From an uncultured Brevundimonas sp. (lineage in GTDB: Bacteria > Pseudomonadota > Alphaproteobacteria > Caulobacterales > Caulobacteraceae), in assembly GCA_964647275.1 (NCBI GenBank), contig CAZYFY010000005.1, positions 46,723 through 110,722 on the forward strand: a DNA stretch of 64,000 nt, read 5' to 3'. The stretch's first letter is position 1; every line of letters begins with the position of its first letter. This document shows positions 31,006 through 40,239 of the stretch, in pieces. The position numbers and the translations under genes were made by a program. A model generated the notes under the pieces. The model saw only the letters and a program-made list of their open reading frames with translations. It did not search any database and had not been told where the DNA came from.

Positions 31006-31758
31006 ATGGGCTGGTTGTTCGGCACTCGTCGCAAGCGCGAACGCGCGACCTATTCACAGCTGGTTTCTGAGCCTGCACCTGCGGCCAGGCCTTCAGCGAC
31101 CGTGCGATCGCAACCGACCCCGCGCCAGGCGCTGGATGCCCTGCGAGCAGGCAATGACGCCTTCCTGCGCGGCGAGAACAATCTGGGGCACGTCAAGGCG
31201 GACGACCTGGATGAACTCCAGGGCGGTCAGTACCCAATTGCCACCATTGTCGGCTGTGCCGACAGCCGCACGCCACCGACGATCCTGTTCAACCAGGGCT
31301 TCGGTCGCCTGTTCAGCATTCGCGTGGCCGGCAACACCGTTGATCGTCGCGGACTGGCCTCAATCGTCTATGCCGTAAAGCACCTCCATTGCCCATTGGT
31401 GGTGGTCATGGGCCACACCGGATGCGGTGCGGTCGCGGCAGCGGAAGCGATTGTCGACGGTCGCGCTGAGATGGACCCGTCGCTCGAAGCCATGATCGAG
31501 CCGATCATTCCGGCGGTCCTGGCGGCGCGGCGTTCGCGCCCGGCAAATCCGGCTGAAGCCGCCGTTGAAGAGAATGCGCGCATCGTCGCCGCCAAGCTGG
31601 CGACAGCCGACACCGCTCTGGCTGAGGCGTTGGCCGCCGGCACCTTGATGATCGTCGGGGCCGTCAAGGACATGAGCTCGGGCCGGGTCCGTTTCCTTGA
31701 GATCATCGGCAGCGGTAGTCCGACGCCGGCCAATCAGCGGACCGCCGTCCCCGCCTGA
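31006..31758 (+). CDS. Beta-class carbonic anhydrase
   Basis: LRAGNDAFL, zinc ligand motifs CADSR and HTGCGAV. Start set to the ATG at 31006. Confidence 0.85.
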   Translation: MGWLFGTRRKRERATYSQLVSEPAPAARPSATVRSQPTPRQALDALRAGNDAFLRGENNLGHVKADDLDELQGGQYPIATIVGCADSRTPPTILFNQGFGRLFSIRVAGNTVDRRGLASIVYAVKHLHCPLVVVMGHTGCGAVAAAEAIVDGRAEMDPSLEAMIEPIIPAVLAARRSRPANPAEAAVEENARIVAAKLATADTALAEALAAGTLMIVGAVKDMSSGRVRFLEIIGSGSPTPANQRTAVPA

Positions 31759-32825
31759 GGCTCGGATCGTTCGAGCAGCGCCACCAGTTCGTCACGCCAG
31801 AACCGGGCCCAGGTGTGCGTCCCGTGCCCGCGTGTCTCCGGGCTGGCCGGGATCAGGACATAGCGGCCTTGCGCAATGCGCGGCGCATACTGCTCGGCCA
31901 GTCCCAGTTCCGGCGGATTGATGAAGTCGTCGGCGGAATTGATCCAGGTCACCGGCACCGTGATCGCCTCCAGACCCGCCGAAGGATCATAGTCGCGCGA
32001 CGCATTGACCTGATACCAGAGGTCGTTGGCATCCAGTCCCGCAATGCGCTGAGGCAACTGCTCGGCCAGCCAGCTGTCCGTCGTGTCCCGGTCAGGCAGG
32101 TCGGCCTGCATGGCCATGGGGGCCGCCCCAACCAGCATCAGCAAGTCCGCCGCCGTTCTCAGCCCCTCAACCGGCTGGCGCTCATAGTCTCCGTTCATCC
32201 AGGCCGGATCTGACCGGATCGCGTCCATCAGCATGGCGCGCCACAAGCGGTTCCGGCCCGCAATCTCGGTCGGCTGACAAGCCAGGGGCATCAAGGCCTG
32301 GACGAAATCGGGGTGGCGTTCTCCCCAGACGAAGGCATGCATACACCCCATCGACGTGCCCATGAGGAGACGAAGGCGATCAACCCCGAGGCCCTCGACC
32401 AGCAGACGCCGCTGGGCCTCGACCATGTCGTCATAGGTGTACTCGGGAAACCGGGCGCGCAGGCCATCCGAGGGTTTCGACGAGCCGCCGTGGCCGATGT
32501 TGTCGGGCAGGATGATGTAGTAGCGGCGGATATCGAGCGGCTGGCCCGGACCGAACAATTCGTCAGAAAACTGAGGCCGCAGGAACTGGGCACCGGTGCC
32601 ACCGGTGCCGTGCAGAACCATCACCGCATTGGTCACGCGCCCCTGGGCGTCGCGTTGGGGCTGACCCAGGGTCCGGTAATGGAGCCGAAGCTCCGGCAGC
32701 GCCTGGCCGTCCTCGAAGCGGAAATCGGCGATGACATGATCGCCTTCCGTAACGGTCCAGGGTTGGCCCATGGCGGGGCCGGCCACCAGGAAGGCCATCG
32801 TCAATCCGACCAGCCACCGCATCAT
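31734..32825 (-). CDS. Secreted alpha/beta-fold hydrolase
   Basis: Signal peptide. VMVLHGTGGTG, nucleophile elbow GTSMGC, and homoserine-acetyltransferase-like fold features. Confidence 0.7.
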   Translation of the reverse strand: MMRWLVGLTMAFLVAGPAMGQPWTVTEGDHVIADFRFEDGQALPELRLHYRTLGQPQRDAQGRVTNAVMVLHGTGGTGAQFLRPQFSDELFGPGQPLDIRRYYIILPDNIGHGGSSKPSDGLRARFPEYTYDDMVEAQRRLLVEGLGVDRLRLLMGTSMGCMHAFVWGERHPDFVQALMPLACQPTEIAGRNRLWRAMLMDAIRSDPAWMNGDYERQPVEGLRTAADLLMLVGAAPMAMQADLPDRDTTDSWLAEQLPQRIAGLDANDLWYQVNASRDYDPSAGLEAITVPVTWINSADDFINPPELGLAEQYAPRIAQGRYVLIPASPETRGHGTHTWARFWRDELVALLERSEPQAGTAVR

Positions 32826-32851
32826 CGCCGCTCTCCTGTTTCGGCTGCAGC

Positions 32852-34081
32852 CTATTGCTGGAGCCCCGTCGGGAAGGTCTGGCCCGTCGCCTCGGCCATG
32901 GCCTGCTGGACGATGAGAAAGACCGTATCCCGCTGATGATAGTTGTTGGTCAGAACAACCACCGTGACATCTTCATCGGGCAAATAGCTGATCAGATTGC
33001 GGAAACCTGCCCAGCTACCCGTGTGATAAATCTGCGGCGCGTGGAACGCAGGAACGGCCCCCGATCCCAGATCACTGGTGAACAGGCCAAAGCCCCACCC
33101 GCGCGGACGCGCGCCTTCGGGGAGCCCCTGATCGGCGGGCGCATGATCGGCAATCATCTGCGCATAGCCCTCCGGCGACAGGACGTGGCCACCGTGCAGG
33201 GCGCGCTGCCAGGTCAGCATATCGTCCAGGGTCGAATAGAGAGCCCCCGCCCCGGCGATGATCGACACATTGGCCACCGGTCCGGGGACCTGGCCGGCCC
33301 CGCCCGAGTTGTGCCCGCGCACGATCCCATGCCCGCCGGCATCAACATCTGACCCGGTGTCGGCCATCCCCAAAGGCGTGAAGAAGGTTGTCTGCAGATA
33401 GTCTTCGTAGGTCAGGCCCGAGGCTCGTTCCACAATCTCCGCCAGCAGATTGTAGCCGGCATTGTTATAGTCGGCGCGCGTGCCCGGCTCGAACCGCGGC
33501 CGGAATTGTTCGGTGTCACGCGTCAGCTCTGCCAGGGTCGCCGGCGTCACCCGACGTTCGCCCCATCCAGGCCGCCCCATCAAATCCGGCAAGCCGGAGG
33601 TGTGGCTCAGCAAATGGGTCAGGCGAAGGCTTGCCCACCCGTCAGGACAGGGAGAAATCCAGCGACAGACCGGATCGTCGATCGACAACCGCCCCTCATC
33701 CTGCAATCGCAGAATGGCCGCTGCCGTGAACTGCTTGCTGACGGAGGCCAGACGGAACCGGGCATCGGGGTCGAGCCGCTGGCCTGTCTCCACATCCGCC
33801 ACACCATAGGCCTGGCGCAATAACAGGTGATCGCCCTGCGCGACCAGAACCGCCCCGTTGAACTGACCCTGGGCGGCCAGGGCCTCCAATCGCGCCCGCA
33901 ACTGCGGCAGGCTGTTGGCCTGAACAATAGGGGCGGGTTCCGGTGCAATGATCGGGGCCGGTTCCGCCACGGCGACGGCTGACGGCTGCGCCAGTGTCGG
34001 CGCGCATCCAACGGCCGCCAGACTGGTCAGCGCCCCGACGCCCAGACCCGCGACGACACCGGCGATACTGGTGCGGCTCAT
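32852..34081 (-). CDS. Serine hydrolase, beta-lactamase/class-C-like family
   Basis: SxxK motif ASVSKQFTAAAIL plus YNNAGY (YxN). ATG at 34081 overlaps the upstream stop. Confidence 0.8.
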   Translation of the reverse strand: MSRTSIAGVVAGLGVGALTSLAAVGCAPTLAQPSAVAVAEPAPIIAPEPAPIVQANSLPQLRARLEALAAQGQFNGAVLVAQGDHLLLRQAYGVADVETGQRLDPDARFRLASVSKQFTAAAILRLQDEGRLSIDDPVCRWISPCPDGWASLRLTHLLSHTSGLPDLMGRPGWGERRVTPATLAELTRDTEQFRPRFEPGTRADYNNAGYNLLAEIVERASGLTYEDYLQTTFFTPLGMADTGSDVDAGGHGIVRGHNSGGAGQVPGPVANVSIIAGAGALYSTLDDMLTWQRALHGGHVLSPEGYAQMIADHAPADQGLPEGARPRGWGFGLFTSDLGSGAVPAFHAPQIYHTGSWAGFRNLISYLPDEDVTVVVLTNNYHQRDTVFLIVQQAMAEATGQTFPTGLQQ

Positions 34082-34944
34082 CGACCCGACCGATCCTGCA
34101 GGCGCGCCGCCAGGCTGGAGGTGTCCCAACGCGCCCCGCCCATGGCCTGAACCTCGGAATAGAACTGATCGACCAGGGCCGTCAGGGCGAGGTGACTGTG
34201 ATTGGCGCGGGCCTCATCCAGAACCAGGCCCAGGTCCTTTCGCATCCAGTCCACGGCAAAACCGAAATCGAACGCTCCACGCGCCATGCTCGCCCAGCGA
34301 TTGTCCATCTGCCAGGACTGCGCCGCCCCCTTCGAGATCGCCTCATAGACGGCATCGGTATTCAGCCCGGCCTGTTGGGCAAAATGGACCGCCTCGGCCA
34401 GGCCCTGAACGACCCCGGCGATACAGATCTGATTGACCATCTTGGTCAGCTGCCCGGACCCGACCGGGCCCATGTGCTGGATGGCCTTGGAATAGGCTTC
34501 CAGAGCCGGCCGAGCCCGATCCAGAGCGGCGGCATCTCCCCCTGCCATGACACTGAGCTGGCCATTTTCGGCACCGGCCTGTCCGCCTGAAACCGGCGCA
34601 TCGACAAACGCACAGCCGCGCGCTTCGGCCCATTCGCCCATGTCACGGGCCAACCGAGCCGAGGTTGTGGTGTGATCGACAAAAACGCAGCCGGTCGGCA
34701 CCGTCTCAAGGGCGGCGTGCACGACCTGGCGGACATCCTCATCATTGCCGACGCACAGGATGAAGAGCTCTGCCCCCTCACCCGCCATTTGCGGCGTTTC
34801 GGCCACCGTCCCGCCGGTCGCCTCGGCCCAGGCCACAGCCTTGGCCAGCGTCCGATTGTACCCGACAACCTGATGACCGGCCTGGATCAGATGCCGGGCC
34901 ATCGGGCCGCCCATCACCCCCAAACCGGCGAACGCGATCCTCAT
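34078..34944 (-). CDS. NAD(P)-dependent oxidoreductase, HIBADH family
   Basis: MRIAFAGLGVMGGPMARHL, DAPVSGG. Paralogous to mmsB. Confidence 0.8.
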   Translation of the reverse strand: MRIAFAGLGVMGGPMARHLIQAGHQVVGYNRTLAKAVAWAEATGGTVAETPQMAGEGAELFILCVGNDEDVRQVVHAALETVPTGCVFVDHTTTSARLARDMGEWAEARGCAFVDAPVSGGQAGAENGQLSVMAGGDAAALDRARPALEAYSKAIQHMGPVGSGQLTKMVNQICIAGVVQGLAEAVHFAQQAGLNTDAVYEAISKGAAQSWQMDNRWASMARGAFDFGFAVDWMRKDLGLVLDEARANHSHLALTALVDQFYSEVQAMGGARWDTSSLAARLQDRSGR

Positions 34945-35417
34945 CGTTCACCCCGCGAGATCGGCCCGTAGCTGCCTCTAAAAAAGGCCAATCCCGTTCC
35001 GTCACGCGCCTCGAATCGCTCAACGCCCCCAAAAATCAGCAGATGATCGCCCGCATCCTCGCGACGACAGACGTGGCATTCGAATCGAGAAATCCAGCCG
35101 TCAATGAGCGGCACGCCGCCGATCCCCGGCTCGAATTCATCCGGCTCGAGGATCGGGTTGCCGAAGGCGAAACGCTGACACAGCTCGGCCCCGTCCGAAT
35201 TCAGGACATGAACAGCGAAATGGTCCGCCTGCGAAAAGGTCGGCCAGCGGTCGGATTTCTTGCCCAGACTCCACAGAACCGTGGGCGGCTCCAGAGACAC
35301 CGATGTGAAGGAGTTCACCGTGATCCCCATGGCCCCACGCGCACCCATGGCGGTGACCACACACACACCGGTCGCGAAGCCTCCGAGCGCATGACGCAGC
35401 GGGCGAGTATCGGTCAT
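34941..35417 (-). CDS. Flavin reductase family protein
   Basis: LGGFATGVCVVTA...NSFTSVSLEPP...LW pattern. Start set to the ATG at 35417. Confidence 0.75.
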   Translation of the reverse strand: MTDTRPLRHALGGFATGVCVVTAMGARGAMGITVNSFTSVSLEPPTVLWSLGKKSDRWPTFSQADHFAVHVLNSDGAELCQRFAFGNPILEPDEFEPGIGGVPLIDGWISRFECHVCRREDAGDHLLIFGGVERFEARDGTGLAFFRGSYGPISRGER

Positions 35418-35538
35418 CGGCGGGTTCTTGCTATCCACGCCTCTCGACCTAGAGCGCGTCGCTCCCCTTAGCAACTGCAACGGCCTCTTAACCTTGAGCC
35501 GCCATCAAGAGACAGAGAACTGCTGAGGCACAGCCACC

Positions 35539-36435
35539 ATGTCGATGAGCGAACGGCCCATCCTCATCAAGAAGATCAAAAAAGGCGGCGACCACGGCCA
35601 CCACGGCGGCGCGTGGAAGGTCGCCTATGCCGACTTCGTCACCGCGATGATGGCCTTCTTCCTGCTCATGTGGCTGATTAACACGACCGACCCGGAGCAA
35701 AAACGCGGCATCGCCGAATATTTCGCACCCGCCAGCGTGGCCCCGACCACGTCTGGCTCAGGCGGCATTCTCGGAGGCACATCGCTGGGCGAAGACGGGG
35801 TCAAGAGCGACGGCTCCAGCGCCGTGGTCAATCAGCTCTCTCCCGAAGCCGCCCAACAGGCCGAACAGCAGGAAGGCCGCAGCTCTGACCTGTCGGCCGC
35901 CAGCGAGGACGAACTGCGTGAAGAGATCGCCCGGCGTGAGGCCGCCGATTTCGCATCGGCCGCAGCCTCGCTTCGCCAGGCCATGCAGGACATGCCTGAA
36001 CTGGCAGAACTGTCGCGACATCTGATTATCGACCAGACCCCTGAGGGACTGCGCATCCAACTTGTCGACCAGGAAGGCCGGTCGATGTTCGAGCAGAATT
36101 CGGCACGGCCGAACGAGCGCGCCCGGATCCTGTTGCGCGCCGTCAGCCGGGTCATCAACCAGCTCCCCAACCGCATCACGATTTCCGGGCACACCTCGGC
36201 AACCGGGACGCGCGCCTCCCAGCCCGGCGACTGGGCGCTGTCGTCTGGCCGGGCCGATGCCTCGCGCCAGATTCTCGAAGCCGCCGGCGTTGATGCCGAC
36301 CGCATCTACCAGGTGTCGGGCAAGGCGGGGTCCGATCCGCTCTATCCAGATGATCCGACGCTGGCCGGCAATCGCCGCATTGCGATCGTGCTGTTGCGCG
36401 AGGCCCCTGTCCTTCCGGCCGATACCAGCCTCTGA
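35539..36435 (+). CDS. motB: Flagellar motor stator protein MotB (OmpA-like C-terminus)
   Basis: GGAWKVAYADFVTAMMAFFLLMWL (plug/TM with the conserved Asp) and C-terminal NRRIAIVLL. No adjacent motA. Confidence 0.85.
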   Translation: MSMSERPILIKKIKKGGDHGHHGGAWKVAYADFVTAMMAFFLLMWLINTTDPEQKRGIAEYFAPASVAPTTSGSGGILGGTSLGEDGVKSDGSSAVVNQLSPEAAQQAEQQEGRSSDLSAASEDELREEIARREAADFASAAASLRQAMQDMPELAELSRHLIIDQTPEGLRIQLVDQEGRSMFEQNSARPNERARILLRAVSRVINQLPNRITISGHTSATGTRASQPGDWALSSGRADASRQILEAAGVDADRIYQVSGKAGSDPLYPDDPTLAGNRRIAIVLLREAPVLPADTSL

Positions 36436-36459
36436 TCGAGGGTTGCGTCCCGCCGGGAT

Positions 36460-37245
36460 TTGCCTTCAACATCGTCGTCAACGGGGAGCCTGCGACACGA
36501 TTTGACCCAGTATGTACCGACCCGACAGCTTCGGTTCTTTCTGACGGGCCCTTCGCCCTGCCCCTATCTGCCCGGGCGCGAGGAACGGAAGGTTTTCACC
36601 CACCTGCCCATGTCGGACGGCGCAGCGGTCAATGATTCCCTCACCCAGGTCGGCTTTCGGCGCAGTCAGAACATCGCCTATCGACCGGCCTGCGAGGCTT
36701 GCAGCGCCTGTGTCTCTGTGCGGATCCCCGCTGCGGCCTTCGAGCCCGGACGTGGCCACCGGCGTATCCTCAGACGGAATTCGGATCTGGTTCGGACCCT
36801 GGTCGAGCCCGAAGCCACCCCCGAACAATACAACCTGCTCCAACGGTATCTGAACGCCCGTCACCCCGGCGGCGGCATGACCGACATGGGCTGGCTCGAC
36901 TTCGTGGCGATGATCGAGGACACCGCCGTTCGGACCCATCTGATCGAATATCGGCTGCCGGATGGACGCATCGTGGCCGCGGCCCTGACGGACCTGCTCT
37001 CGGATGGGCTGTCCCTGGTCTACAGCTTCTTTGACCCCGAGGAGTCGCGGCGCAGCCTGGGCCAGTATGTCGTGCTGGACCACATCCGACAGGCCACTGC
37101 CGTCGGGCTGGATCATGTCTACCTTGGCTACTGGATCGAGGGCTCAGCCAAGATGAGCTACAAGGCCGACTTCCGCCCGCTCCAGACGCTCGAAGGCGAC
37201 AACTGGGTGGCCAAGACGGCTATCAGTCCGACCGAGCTTCCCTGA
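36460..37245 (+). CDS. bpt: Arginyl/leucyl-tRNA-protein transferase Bpt
   Basis: FFLTGPSPCPYLPGREERKVFTHL, FRRSQNIAYRPAC..C..C, GYWIEGSAKMSYK. An alternative TTG start lies at 36502. Confidence 0.85.
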   Translation: MPSTSSSTGSLRHDLTQYVPTRQLRFFLTGPSPCPYLPGREERKVFTHLPMSDGAAVNDSLTQVGFRRSQNIAYRPACEACSACVSVRIPAAAFEPGRGHRRILRRNSDLVRTLVEPEATPEQYNLLQRYLNARHPGGGMTDMGWLDFVAMIEDTAVRTHLIEYRLPDGRIVAAALTDLLSDGLSLVYSFFDPEESRRSLGQYVVLDHIRQATAVGLDHVYLGYWIEGSAKMSYKADFRPLQTLEGDNWVAKTAISPTELP

Positions 37246-39493
37246 CCATGGCCCCGAAAAGATTGACGTAATCGTCCGTCCAGGCGGGCGTGTTCGTCGG
37301 CACATTCAACTGCCAGCGCGGATCGACCGCAAACGGGGCCAGGCCCTCGGCTGTGGGGGACAGGACGACCGCCTCCGTCGAGGCCTCACTCATCTGGGGC
37401 GCGTCCGGGTTCTCTCCGTAGAGCTTGTGCAGATACGGAACGCCAATCTCCTGAGCCGCCGCCAGGGTCGGAGTCGTGATCTCCAGATTCCGGTTCGACA
37501 GGTGAAGCACCAACAGGCCATCCGGCTTCAGCAGGCGCAGATATTCCCGGATCGCCTCCACCGTCAGCATGTGGGTCGGCACAGCGTCTGACGAGAAGGC
37601 GTCAACCAACAGCAGGTCATAGGTTCCAGCCGGCTCGTTGCGGAGCGTCAGACGGGCATCTCCGATAACCGTGCGAACCGGCCCGTCGGCGCATTCCGAG
37701 ATGTAGCTAAACCGGGCTGGATCACGCGCCCAACGGTCAACCATCGGGTCGATCTCAAAGAAGCTGAGCTGATCGCCGGCGCGCTTGTAGGCTGCCATGG
37801 ATCCGGCTCCCTGGCCGACGACACCGATCACGGCATGGTCTGTCCGGTTCTGGGTGACGATGACCGACTCCCCGATCGGGGTGGTGGGCGCGTAGTAGAG
37901 CGACGGGCGGCAACGCCACTCCGCGCCCTGGATCTGGGCCCCATGCAGGGTCGTTCCATGCATCAGGATGCGGACATCGCCGACCTCACGGAAATCGACA
38001 TCGGCCCGGCGAAGCACGCCGAAGAAGCTGCGGTCGCTCTCGGTCCAGTCGTAACGAACCGCGACCTGGGACGCCGAGAGCGAGATCAGGCACAGGGCGA
38101 CGAAAAACAGCCGAGCCCGCTGGCGAACCATGAAGGCACAGATCGCCGCTGCTCCCAGCGGAAGCAGCACCACCATGCGCGCCGTTTCCCAGTCCAGTCC
38201 CATCTGATGAGGACGCCCATCAACGCTGAGCCACCAGAAAAGGATCGGAGGGATGAGGCAGAGAACCGCAATCGCCGCCGCCCAGGTCCACTCGTCACGC
38301 GACAGCCGCGTCCGCGTCCAGGGCCGAGCCAGGGCCGCCAGACACAGGGCCAGGGGGTATTCCACCACCGTATTGAAGATGACCGGCGCGATCATCGCAT
38401 TGAAGGCACCGCCCAGAACGCCGCCAACGGCCAGCCAGAGGAAGAACTCGGTCAGACGATCCGGCGGGGGCCGCAGCGACGCCAGCCGCTGGTGACACAT
38501 CAGGGCCGTGAAGAAGAAGGTCGTCAGATGCAGGGTCAGCAGGACGAACCAATTGCCGTTGGTCATCTGCATCAGAGCGGCACAGACCGCCGCTGCCGCG
38601 GCCTGTACGATCAGGGTCGTGGTCAGCGAAATGGCGGGACGGCGCGAAAAGGCGATCACGAACGTCAGAAGATAGAGCGCCAGCGGGATCACCCACAGGA
38701 ACGGGGCCGATGCCACATCCACTGACAGGTGGGTCGTGACGCCCAGCATCAGGCTGGTCGGCAAGGCCGCCATGCCGATCCAGGTCAGTCGCCGAGCCCA
38801 TGAAATCGGGGCCGACGACTCCAGCGCCGGCGCGTCCAGCACGCCCTTGTCGCCGCGCCAGACAACCGCTCCCAGGCCCAGGATCACAAGGATGAACAGC
38901 CCGTAGCCGATCGACCAGCCGAGGGTCTGCTGACTCAATCCGGCCAGCGGCTCCACCAGGGCCGGATAGGCGATCAGGGCCACGAAGCTGCCGATATTGG
39001 AGGCCGCGTACAGAACGTAGGGATTTTCCCCCTCCGCCGTGCCCCGGCGCACGCGCGCGAACCACGCCTGCAACAACGGCGCGGTCGCTGACAGCACGGC
39101 AAACGGCGCGCCGACCGACAGGGCCAGACTGCCCAGCAACCAGGGGATCGGGTGGCGCGTATCCGGCACGCCGACCATGTCGCTGACGCCGAGCGGCCAG
39201 AAGCTGATCAAGGCCAGAACCAGCAGGGCCAGGTGAATTGCCACCTGCCATTTCAGCGGCCCGACGCGCTGCAACAGGTGGGCATAGGCATATCCGACCA
39301 GAAGGGCGGTCTGGAAGAACACCATCGAGGTGTTCCAGACCGAGGGCGATCCCCCCAGCAACGGCAGCAACAGCCGCCCCATCAGGGGTTGGACCGAGAA
39401 CACCAGAACCGCCGAGGTGAAGATGGCCAGGGCGAACAGCAGGGCTGTCGGAGACGATCTTTGCCCTTGCGGTACAGCCGTTGCGTCAGTCAT
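37223..39493 (-). CDS. Fused polytopic membrane domain / spermidine-synthase-like aminopropyltransferase
   Basis: More than 10 TM helices, then IGVVGQGAGS...LLLVDAFSSD (spermidine synthase fold). Start set to the ATG at 39493 to avoid overlap with cinA; the track start is 39568. Confidence 0.75.
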   Translation of the reverse strand: MTDATAVPQGQRSSPTALLFALAIFTSAVLVFSVQPLMGRLLLPLLGGSPSVWNTSMVFFQTALLVGYAYAHLLQRVGPLKWQVAIHLALLVLALISFWPLGVSDMVGVPDTRHPIPWLLGSLALSVGAPFAVLSATAPLLQAWFARVRRGTAEGENPYVLYAASNIGSFVALIAYPALVEPLAGLSQQTLGWSIGYGLFILVILGLGAVVWRGDKGVLDAPALESSAPISWARRLTWIGMAALPTSLMLGVTTHLSVDVASAPFLWVIPLALYLLTFVIAFSRRPAISLTTTLIVQAAAAAVCAALMQMTNGNWFVLLTLHLTTFFFTALMCHQRLASLRPPPDRLTEFFLWLAVGGVLGGAFNAMIAPVIFNTVVEYPLALCLAALARPWTRTRLSRDEWTWAAAIAVLCLIPPILFWWLSVDGRPHQMGLDWETARMVVLLPLGAAAICAFMVRQRARLFFVALCLISLSASQVAVRYDWTESDRSFFGVLRRADVDFREVGDVRILMHGTTLHGAQIQGAEWRCRPSLYYAPTTPIGESVIVTQNRTDHAVIGVVGQGAGSMAAYKRAGDQLSFFEIDPMVDRWARDPARFSYISECADGPVRTVIGDARLTLRNEPAGTYDLLLVDAFSSDAVPTHMLTVEAIREYLRLLKPDGLLVLHLSNRNLEITTPTLAAAQEIGVPYLHKLYGENPDAPQMSEASTEAVVLSPTAEGLAPFAVDPRWQLNVPTNTPAWTDDYVNLFGAMVREARSD

Positions 39494-39566
39494 TTGATCT
39501 CGCTCTGATCCCGTGCCCGGTGCGCTGTCGCTGAACGACTCACGCCTGCATCCATTTGAGGCTGAC

Positions 39567-40067
39567 ATGTTTCCAAATGATATCGAAGACGCCGCGCGGC
39601 GGATTATTCAGACGGCGTCGGCCCGGCAATTGTGGATCACGACCGCCGAAAGCTGCACCGGCGGACTGGTCGGAGCCGCGCTGACGGCTATTGCGGGGTC
39701 TTCGGCCGTCTACGACCGTGGCTTCATTACCTATTCCAACGCCGCCAAGACGGACTTGCTTGACGTCCCTGCCGATCTGATTGCGAACCACGGGGCTGTT
39801 TCAGAGGCGGTGGCCCGCGCCATGGCGCAGGGAGCCCTGCACGCCGCCGGGGCACAGCTCGCCGTTGCCGTTACCGGGATCGCGGGTCCCGGCGGCGGGT
39901 CGGACGACAAGCCTGTCGGCCTGGTCCATTTCGGGCTGGCAACGGCCGGTGGCGATGTCGTCCATCGCCAGGCTCAGTTCGGCAATCTTGGCCGCCAGGC
40001 CGTGCGGATGAGCGCCCTGAAAATGGCGCTGAACCTGATCGAACAGGGCCTCGATCAGCCTGGCTGA
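39567..40067 (+). CDS. CinA-family nicotinamide-nucleotide amidohydrolase (PncC domain)
   Basis: TAESCTGGLVGAALT...GFITYSN.AK...GAVS...A..MA...TGIAGPGGG. Confidence 0.85.
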   Translation: MFPNDIEDAARRIIQTASARQLWITTAESCTGGLVGAALTAIAGSSAVYDRGFITYSNAAKTDLLDVPADLIANHGAVSEAVARAMAQGALHAAGAQLAVAVTGIAGPGGGSDDKPVGLVHFGLATAGGDVVHRQAQFGNLGRQAVRMSALKMALNLIEQGLDQPG

Positions 40068-40239
40068 ACTCTCCAGCCGACGAGATGGACTGCCGCCCCC
40101 CGGACACCGCACCTCCCAATTGGCCTGTCGCCGGAACAACCGACCATAGCGCGCGTTGATGTTCCGAACACGCCAGTATCTGGAATTGCGCCGTGTGACG
40201 TGAGACGATGCACTCGCAGGACGAATGGGGGGATCAGCC

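Noticed and set aside
35539-36435. motB without an adjacent motA as a possible anomaly
   Set aside because: I recall Caulobacter having unlinked motA and motB, so an orphan motB would fit the inferred lineage. The recollection was not verified, and this was not treated as unusual.
38295-39251. 318-aa minus-strand ORF in an alternative frame of the spermidine-synthase-like gene
   Set aside because: It overlaps, out of frame, the polytopic membrane domain. It is Gly/Arg/Pro-rich, whereas the chosen frame gives clean TM helices.
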